Source: Granulicella sp. (GTDB lineage: Bacteria > Acidobacteriota > Terriglobia > Terriglobales > Acidobacteriaceae). From it: a stretch of DNA of 15,403 nt. Positions within the stretch are counted from its first letter, which is position 1. Every line of letters begins with the position of its first letter. A program made the translations under genes and the position numbers. Positions 8,679 through 15,403 of the stretch are shown in pieces. Under the pieces are notes generated by a model that was not told the origin of the DNA, ran no database searches, and was given only the letters and a program-made list of their open reading frames with translations. Location of the stretch: assembly GCA_027339965.1 (NCBI GenBank), contig DAHWNL010000003.1, positions 1-15,403 on the forward strand, given 5' to 3'.

Positions 8679-10165
8679 CCTGTGAGTTTCTTTGTTGTCT
8701 CGTCAATGATATCTTGCGTGAGTTCATGTTGGTGCTGCGCCCATTCACCAAGAGCGGAAAGTGTGTCTTTATCCGGATACTTCATGAGGCGGAGATCAGT
8801 CGCATTGACCTGAGTATGGCCATTGAAGCGTCGGAAATTCTCATCGACAGCGGTCGAATTGAGGAATACGGCGAGACCATAGGCAAGCGTTTCCGGCAAG
8901 CCGCCCTTATCCTGGTGGAAAACATTCAAGTGGTTTTCGAAACCGAGAAACTTTGCGCCTGGAAACGCATCGGGCCTGACCACGCTTGCGACGATGCGCC
9001 GGGTCTCTTCCTTTGAGGAAAACCGCCGCACCACCGTGTAAAAGCCGTTCGGGTAGAGCCATTTCCGTGTGTCGTGATTTAGCCTTAGCGCATTACCGCG
9101 TTTTTGTCCTTCCTTCGGCCATTGCGTCGTCTGCCCGGTAAAGTGGCCGGGATAGAGCAGGGGCACAGTGCCCTTGATCGGTTGGTCCTCGAGTAATCCC
9201 GCAACCGAAAATCGACGACCGGCCCGGTGGAGATCCTTATTCCAAGGTCGGCAAAAGAAGAGCGGACGCCGTTCGATAGCTCAATGGTGTTACGGCCCGG
9301 CGACGTCGGCACGTGAATGAAGCTCTCCGGGTCCGAGGGAAACACAATACGGTCAAGGGAGTGCTCATGCTCGACGAGGTCGGAAAAACTATCGTCCGTG
9401 GAATGGGAAACCGTCACGGGGCCTCGTACTCCACCACACTGAACCCGGATGATAATGTTTTCCTGCAGCACGTCGTCGTCTTTCAACGCTTTGTTGCGCG
9501 ATGCAAAGAGGTGTATGTGGCGCAGAGCGGTGCGCTGCAAAAGAAATTCGCGAAAGGGGCGGTAATAGGGACCGTTGGAGAAGCTGCGCGGAATGATGGC
9601 GACGAGTTGGCCACTGTCCTTCATGAGGGATAGCGCCATCGCGACAAACGCCGAATAGAGATTGACAGTCTCAATACCGGCCTGGCGCAAGATCAGGCGG
9701 TGTGCCGAAAGGCTGCTGATCTTCTTATAAGGCGGATTGAGGATCGCATTGGTAAACCGGCGCGGGGCCATGCTCTGAAGCGCAGCGGCCTCGATGAAAT
9801 CGTCGGCCAACACCTGCCAACCTACGGGCAGATGCCCGGCGTAACTTGCGAGTGTGGCCGAGAGGTGCTGGCGGAGCGTTGCGTCGATCTCATAGGCATC
9901 AATCTCGACCTTACGAAACGCAAAGCCACCGCCCAGCGGTCCAGGAAGGCACATGACAAGGCGCCGATGCCAGCCCCGGGGTCCAGCAAGGCACACGCTT
10001 CCAGGGTACTTGGCGGAAACAATGAGGCCATGAAACGGGCGACCGGAGCGGGCGTCATGAATTGCCCAACGCGGATTTGCGTTTGAGCGCAATACCGGGA
10101 GCGACGGCCCGGCGAAGGCTGTCGGCGTGGTCGAGGAGCTGGATTGGCGATTCCTGTGGCCTCAT
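8675..10165 (-). pseudogene. BsuBI/PstI (Eco57I-like) N6-adenine DNA methyltransferase with three frameshifts
   Basis: GGAG RBS, ATG 10165. Motif X (G[Q]FMTP), motif I (LLDPGAGIG), motif IV (NPPY), NLYSAF, PRSF.NGPYY and C-terminal FENHLN, FRRFNGHTQVNATDL are spread over four segments. Shifts near 10065, 9932 and 9192; repaired length about 497 aa. TGA overlaps the REase ATG (ATGA, 8678-8675). Confidence 0.92.
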
Positions 10166-10586
10166 GGCTGTCTCCGGAAGTCTAGGGCGACTTTCGAGGG
10201 ATTTCTATTCGAAATACGCCCTCGGATGATAGTTTCGCAGATCTGCGTACGATGCTCGCAGGATGGGGCAACTCAGGCTACCGGCGGACCCTTAAGTCCC
10301 TTGAAAACGGCGGGATACGTCTCAGTGGTAAGTCCGTCGATGCCGAATTCGAGCGCCGCTGCCATTGATGTGCATACGGAGCAGGGGGGAGGCTTACTCC
10401 GTAGATCTCGCATGCCGTTTCGTCGCCGAACCCTCGGCGCATAATATGCAGGGCAGCTTCAGTTTGAGACGAGAATTGCCGGTCCCAGCCAGCTCGCCTC
10501 ATCTTTGATGTCACGGCCTATGTTTCTGCGCCCCGACGGATGGGATGAGCCAGCGTAACGGCTTTGCGAGTTGCTATCGTAGAGGC

Positions 10587-11519
10587 ATGTCGTGGTTGGC
10601 GAGGATCGGCGGATACAGCGCAGCGGCGTGGGCGATGATGCTCCTCGCGGCCTGCCTGACCCTGCTTCCGCTGCTGGTGCTGGGCTTCGGCGGAGAACGT
10701 GCGCAAGCCTGGGCACAGGCGCTGGCTCGGCGGCCGAGCAAACCGGCCACCTGGGCGCGTTTGGGAGCTCCCGCCGTGCTGGCTGTGCCGTATCTGCTGG
10801 TTGCCTGTGCCTGTGGGGACTTTCACCTGCGCTGGCTGGCGCTTTACCTTCTGCTTCCCGTGGTCGTGGCGGCACTGCTGGAGGATGCGCGCAGAGCCGA
10901 CCCGCAGCAGCGCGGGAGCTGGAGGGAACTGCTGGTGCTGGCAGGGCTGGGTCTCGCGGTGGATCTGCGCTGGCTGGAAGGCGCCTGGCCCCCGCATTTG
11001 GCCGTATTCAGCAAACTGCTGCTGCTGGATGCCGGCATGTATGGATTTCTGGTGGTGCGGCATTTGAACGGAGTGGGCTTCGATCTGCGCTTGCGTCGGC
11101 GCGACCTGTCTGTCGGCGGCAGAGAGTACGCCTTCTACGCGCCGATCGCGATCCTGTTGGGATTGGGGTTGGGGTTCCTGCACTTCCATGCGCGCCTGCC
11201 TTCCCCGGCGGAGGCGGCAGGGGCCTTTGGATTCACCTTCCTGTTTATCGCCGTCCCTGAAGAGCTGTTCTTTCGCGGCTGGATGCAGAACCTCCTTGAG
11301 CGGCGGCTGGGGCGGATCCCCGCCTTGATTTCGACCTCCGTGCTCTTCGGGCTGTCCCACTTCAATAAACGCGCCTTGCACTTCAACTGGAGGTACGTGC
11401 TGATGGCGGCTTTGGCCGGTATCTTCTACGGTCGAGCCTGGCGCCGCGAGCGCAGGGTAGGAGCCTCGGTGTTGACCCATGCGCTGGTGGACAGCACCTG
11501 GTCGCTGTGGCTGCGCTGA
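10587..11519 (+). CDS. CPBP (Abi/CAAX, Rce1-like) intramembrane glutamic protease with intact motifs
   Basis: Multi-TM; motif 1 EELFFRG, motif 2 FGLSH, motif 3 HALVD. Start ATG 10587 preferred; the ORF track gives 10545. Confidence 0.9.
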   Translation: MSWLARIGGYSAAAWAMMLLAACLTLLPLLVLGFGGERAQAWAQALARRPSKPATWARLGAPAVLAVPYLLVACACGDFHLRWLALYLLLPVVVAALLEDARRADPQQRGSWRELLVLAGLGLAVDLRWLEGAWPPHLAVFSKLLLLDAGMYGFLVVRHLNGVGFDLRLRRRDLSVGGREYAFYAPIAILLGLGLGFLHFHARLPSPAEAAGAFGFTFLFIAVPEELFFRGWMQNLLERRLGRIPALISTSVLFGLSHFNKRALHFNWRYVLMAALAGIFYGRAWRRERRVGASVLTHALVDSTWSLWLR

Positions 11520-12241
11520 GTGGGGAGATGCGGCGCCCGATAGCTGAAGTAGCCGCGGCCGACCCGCATGTTGTGGATCACGGCGTTGGGTAGCGTGATG
11601 GCCAGGGTGATGCCCAGGATGGCATGCCCCATCGCCAGCGGATAGAGGTTGCGGTACCTGAGAAAGAGCAGGCAGGAGACCAGCCCCAAAGTGAAGGTGA
11701 CCACCATCAGGATGGGGCTGGGCAGATGAGCGAACGAAAAGATTCCGGCCGTGGCCAGCGCGGCCACGCCAGTGCTGGGCAACAGCCGTAGCAGCCGGCG
11801 AAGGAAGAAATCCTGCAAGAGAAGCTGCTGCACAAAGGACCAGACAGCATAGCCGACATAGCGCTTGAAGAACGGGACGAGCCGGTGCGGGCAGTGGAGA
11901 GTATGCAGGAAAATGGCCGCCGCCACAGAGATAGAGCAGAGCGCAAGAGCCACCGCGACCACCCAGAGCGAACGCAGGAAGTTGCCGGTACGCAGTCCCA
12001 TGGAGGGAGGGCTGTCAAAGCTGCTTCCAAAGATGACAGCGAGCACCAGCGCGGTGAAGAGGTAGAGCGGACGTTGCCAAGGCGGCGGGGTCCAAAGGAC
12101 CACCAGAATCAGGCCATAGCCTACGCCGATCTCCGCGGCGGCGCGCCGTCTGCCTAAAGGACGCCAGAGGTGACGGGAGGATGCGGAGAGGTGATCGCCG
12201 GAAGAAGCAGAAGAGGCCGGTGAAGGGAGAACATCCGCCAT
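11426..12241 (-). CDS. CPBP (Abi/CAAX)-like membrane protein with degenerate catalytic motifs
   Basis: Multi-TM; motif 1 position reads QQLLLQ instead of EExxxR; FSFAHLP and HAILG retain the histidines; RYRNLYPL is typical of the family. Start ATG 12241 preferred over 12364. Confidence 0.8.
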   Translation of the reverse strand: MADVLPSPASSASSGDHLSASSRHLWRPLGRRRAAAEIGVGYGLILVVLWTPPPWQRPLYLFTALVLAVIFGSSFDSPPSMGLRTGNFLRSLWVVAVALALCSISVAAAIFLHTLHCPHRLVPFFKRYVGYAVWSFVQQLLLQDFFLRRLLRLLPSTGVAALATAGIFSFAHLPSPILMVVTFTLGLVSCLLFLRYRNLYPLAMGHAILGITLAITLPNAVIHNMRVGRGYFSYRAPHLPTQRSHSDQVLSTSAWVNTEAPTLRSRRQARP

Positions 12242-12411
12242 AGCTGCGATCTTATCCTCTGCCGCGGCACGGATCCAAGTAGCTGGGGGAAGGTTGTGCG
12301 GCTGGGGGAGCTGGTTGTGGAGGCGATGTTCCCGAGCCGCCGCGGCCCTGCACGCTTTGCGCACGGCCGCAGCAGCCCGCTCGGGTGAACTCGGGGAGGA
12401 TGGTTGCCTTC

Positions 12412-15093
12412 TTACTGCGATAGGCCGATCTGGCCGTCGATGTGGAAGTTGCCCGTAACGGTTGGCGCCCCCGTATCCGGTTGGCCGCCGCCGATGCTGA
12501 GCGTGTAGTCTCCCGCAGCGACGATGGGATCTCCGTCCTGAGTGACCATGCTCAGATCGCGGTTCTTGAGTCGAAAGTGTATCGGTTCGCTCTGGCCAGG
12601 CGCCAGATGGATGCGCTGGAATCCGCGCAAAGCGATCTTCGGAGCTCCGGCGATCGGTGGGAACTTCAGATAGAGCTGGACGACCTCATCCCCGGTTACT
12701 TTGCCGGTGTTGGTCACCGTTGCGGACACAACCAACGGAGTGCCGGCCTGCTCGGAGGCCGGCAGCTTCAGGTCGCTGTAGGCGAACGTGGTGTAGCTCA
12801 GGCCGTAACCGAAGGGATACAGGGGCTTGCCCGTGAAGTAACGGTACGTCCGGTTGTTCATCGAGTAGTCTTCAAATTTGGGGAGCTGGCCGACATCCTT
12901 ATAGAAGGTCATCGGCAGCCGGCCGGCCGGGTTGTTCTTGCCGCTGAGCGTGTCGGCGATAGCGGTTCCACCCTCCTCGCCGGAGTACCATGCCTCCAGA
13001 ACGGCGTTGGCGTGCTGTTGAATCCAGTTCACCGCCAGCGCGCTGCCATTCATCAGCACCACCACCAGGGGCTTGTGGGTGGCGGCCACCGCTTCCACCA
13101 GAGCTTCTTCGGGCTCGGGAAGATCGATGCTGGTGCGGTCGCCACCCAGGAATCCAGGCTCACTGATCTTCATCTCCTCGCCCTCAAGCTGGCTGGTAAT
13201 GCCGACAACGGCGATCACCATGTCTGCTTTGCCGGCGGCTTCCACCGCGGCTGGCGAGGGAGTGTTGCTCACCGGCGACCATAGCAGCTTGGCCTGGGGT
13301 ATCACTCCGTTCAGGCTGGCATACTCCACCGTGATCGCCACCTTTTGGCCTTGTTCCAGATGGATGCGGCCGAACTTCGCTTGCACCCCATGCGTTCTCC
13401 ACTCATTGGCAACGTTTTTGCCGTCTGCCTGGACCGATAAATGACCGTCGCCCTGGATGCCGAGCCGGTAGTCGCCAGTCTCCGCCGCCGTGAGAAACCC
13501 CGTCCAGCGAACGCTGATGGCCTTCTTGCCCGCAACTTGAGCGGGGAGGTTGCTCTGACTAAGGTTGACCTGGGACTCGATGCGCTTGGCCAACGGCTTA
13601 GCCCGCCCTCCGGCTCCCGGGACAAAGCTTCCGGGGTTGGCGTACACCGCCAGAAGGCCGGGCTTGCCGTCCGGCGTGGAGAGCAGATTGGCGGGAACCG
13701 GATCGCCTGCATCGCTCAGAAACTGGGTTCCTGGCACGTAGGTGATCTTGACTCCCGGAAACTCCGCTCGCAGACCCTCGAGCATCGTCACCGTGTGGGT
13801 GGGAACTCCGTTGTAGTTGCCCAGCAGGACGTTGGTCTGGTCCGCCAGCGGGCCGACGACCGCGATGCTGTGGACGCTGGGCCGGATGGGCAGCGTGCCG
13901 TCGTTCTTGAGCAGCACCATGGACTCATCGGCGAGCTTGCGAGCCAGCTCGCGATGCGCCGCGCTATTGAGTTGGCTGGGGTCGGTCTTCGCGTAGGGAT
14001 CCATTGAGGGCGGGTCAAACATGCCCAGTTTGATCCGCGCGGTGAACAGGCGCACCAGTGCGGTATCCATGGCGCTTTGGCTCAGATAACCCTGTTGTAC
14101 GGCCTCGATGTAGGGCTTGTAGTCGCTGTCGCCCTTTACCTTGGCCATCCCGTCTGCGCACTCGTTGTCCATGCCGCGCTCCATGGAGATGGCGGTGGAT
14201 TGCGCCTGGGTGGGGCGGTAGTGATGAAAGTTGTAGATGTCCTGGACGGCATCGCAGTCAGAGACGACGTAGCCCTGGAAGCCCCAATGGCCGCGCAGCA
14301 GATCCTGCAGCAGATACTGGTTCGCGCAGGCCGGCTGCCCGTCGATGGCGTTGTAGGCGCACATGATCGAGCCCGCTTTGCCCTGGACGATAGCGGCCCG
14401 GAAGGCCGGCTCGTAGGTGTCCACCTCATCGTGGCGGCTGACATCCACGTCGGCAAAGTGACGGGTCGGCTCCGGGCCGCTGTGCACGTCAAAGTGCTTG
14501 GGCGTGGCGATTACCCGATAGTACTTCGGGTTGTCGCCCTGCATGCCGGTGACGAAGGCGACCGCCATATGCGCGGTCAAAAAGGGGTCCTCCCCGTAGG
14601 TCTCCTGGCCGCGTCCCCAGCGGGGATCGCGAAAGATGTTCACGTTGGGTGCCCAGAAGTCCAGGCCATGGGAAATGGCGGAGGCGCCATCCTGCTCGGA
14701 CTGCTGGTGGACCACGCGAGCCTCGGTGCCGATGGCGACTGCCATGGTGTGGATCCCGGCGGGATCAAAGGTGGCTCCCAGGCCGATCGGCTCGGGAAAC
14801 TCGGTGGTGCCGTCCACGGCGACGCCGTGCAGCGCCTCGCTCCACCAGTCGTAGGCCGGAACCTTGAGGCGCGGAATGGCTCGCGCCTGATTGACCAACT
14901 GCGATGCCTTCTCCTGGAGGGTCATGCGGTTGACAAGATCCCGGGCACGCTCCACAGCGGGCAACTGTGGGTTCAAATAGGCCGGCTGGCTCGCTGCCGG
15001 GGCCTGTGTCTGGGCGGCGTCGCACGGAACGGCGAGGACTGAAGACAGAAGAGCCGCGCCTGCGGCGAGAGAAAACTCAAGGATTTTTTTCAT
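12412..15093 (-). CDS. Secreted GH3 beta-glucosidase/beta-xylosidase with PA14 insertion and C-terminal Fn3-like domain
   Basis: WWSEALHG, PNVNIFRDPRWGRGQETYGEDP, KHF, nucleophile VVSDC, SMVLLKN, AWYSGEEGG, NPAGRLP, PFGYGLSY, EVVQLY. GGAGGG upstream of ATG 15093 (MKKILEF signal peptide). Confidence 0.95.
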   Translation of the reverse strand: MKKILEFSLAAGAALLSSVLAVPCDAAQTQAPAASQPAYLNPQLPAVERARDLVNRMTLQEKASQLVNQARAIPRLKVPAYDWWSEALHGVAVDGTTEFPEPIGLGATFDPAGIHTMAVAIGTEARVVHQQSEQDGASAISHGLDFWAPNVNIFRDPRWGRGQETYGEDPFLTAHMAVAFVTGMQGDNPKYYRVIATPKHFDVHSGPEPTRHFADVDVSRHDEVDTYEPAFRAAIVQGKAGSIMCAYNAIDGQPACANQYLLQDLLRGHWGFQGYVVSDCDAVQDIYNFHHYRPTQAQSTAISMERGMDNECADGMAKVKGDSDYKPYIEAVQQGYLSQSAMDTALVRLFTARIKLGMFDPPSMDPYAKTDPSQLNSAAHRELARKLADESMVLLKNDGTLPIRPSVHSIAVVGPLADQTNVLLGNYNGVPTHTVTMLEGLRAEFPGVKITYVPGTQFLSDAGDPVPANLLSTPDGKPGLLAVYANPGSFVPGAGGRAKPLAKRIESQVNLSQSNLPAQVAGKKAISVRWTGFLTAAETGDYRLGIQGDGHLSVQADGKNVANEWRTHGVQAKFGRIHLEQGQKVAITVEYASLNGVIPQAKLLWSPVSNTPSPAAVEAAGKADMVIAVVGITSQLEGEEMKISEPGFLGGDRTSIDLPEPEEALVEAVAATHKPLVVVLMNGSALAVNWIQQHANAVLEAWYSGEEGGTAIADTLSGKNNPAGRLPMTFYKDVGQLPKFEDYSMNNRTYRYFTGKPLYPFGYGLSYTTFAYSDLKLPASEQAGTPLVVSATVTNTGKVTGDEVVQLYLKFPPIAGAPKIALRGFQRIHLAPGQSEPIHFRLKNRDLSMVTQDGDPIVAAGDYTLSIGGGQPDTGAPTVTGNFHIDGQIGLSQ

Positions 15094-15207
15094 CCATCCC
15101 TCCACTGGACCTCTGAAGGCCCCAAACAGAATAACCGCTAGAGTGGCTCTATTCCAGTAGAGAGAATGGAGTGAAGCGGTTTAATTCATCCTTCAACAAA
15201 GAAGGAG

Positions 15208-15229
15208 GAGCACGGCGGAAGCCGTGCTC
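15208..15229. terminator. Perfect 9-bp hairpin; likely terminator of the upstream minus-strand gene, or a REP-like palindrome
   Basis: GAGCACGGC-GGAA-GCCGTGCTC; on the minus strand it is followed by a weak U-tract, CTCCTTCTTTGTT. Confidence 0.55.
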
Positions 15230-15304
15230 GAGGCAGATGCAGCCGATACCGGCGGCCGATCTGCGCGGCCGTAGCGGGAAGGGTGAACCGGGCGAAGCCG
15301 GGAC

Positions 15305-15403
15305 TCACTTACCGGTGATGTTGCTGCCGAAGAGGATGCCGATCTCGGCCACGGCGCGGAACTGGCTGGCCGATGTGCCCGCGCCGCCGAAGGCGTCCCC
15401 TGA
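15305..15403 (-). CDS. C-terminal fragment of a gene truncated by the window edge (possibly an outer-membrane beta-barrel)
   Basis: Open frame SGDAFGGAGTSASQFRAVAEIGILFGSNITGK* ending at TGA 15307-15305, with GC3-rich codons and an alternating beta-strand pattern. Confidence 0.55.
   Translation of the reverse strand, partial: SGDAFGGAGTSASQFRAVAEIGILFGSNITGK

Noticed and set aside
8545..10070. Programmed frameshifting or phase variation of the RM genes
   Set aside because: No slippery heptamers or long simple repeats at the lesions; four independent shifts plus a nonsense codon fit decay better.
7535..10454. TGCAGGGC at 7535-7542 and 10447-10454 as a target-site duplication around the RM cassette
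   Set aside because: The left copy is inside DUF262-like coding sequence that continues past it; an 8-bp match is plausible by chance.
3856..14310. Avoidance or regulatory use of PstI/BsuBI sites (CTGCAG), including one at 7712 between the REase and DUF262
   Set aside because: At least ten sites occur in the window (3856, 4120, 4219, 4366, 5125, 5473, 5882, 7712, 9463, 14305), so there is no avoidance and a single intergenic site is uninformative. The enzyme's specificity is also unverified.
12442..15042. Several plus-strand ORFs of 100-320 aa
   Set aside because: Antisense to the GH3 gene; no independent evidence.

Overview
GC-rich bacterial chromosomal segment; gene content suggests Acidobacteriota (inference). 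The left end is a tyrosine integrase ending just short of the 3' end of an initiator tRNA-fMet gene, i.e. the edge of an element that extends left of the window. That tRNA has an atypical A1 and a strong sigma70 promoter placed so that transcription would start at or next to the mature 5' end. Next come host envelope genes (a BON-domain protein with P/Q/Y repeats behind an RpoE/AlgU-type promoter, and a PpiD-like chaperone) and a secreted clan GH-A-like hydrolase. At 7526-10165 lies a fully decayed three-gene defence cassette on the minus strand: a BsuBI/PstI-family methyltransferase (3 frameshifts), its endonuclease (1 frameshift), and a DUF262 (GmrSD/ParB-like) N-terminal fragment absent from the ORF track (nonsense codon plus truncation). 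Then follow two convergent CPBP/Abi membrane proteins overlapping by 94 bp (one with intact catalytic motifs, one EE->QQ), a GH3 beta-glycosidase with a PA14 insert, and the C-terminus of a truncated gene. Family assignments come from motif recognition only; no searches were run.
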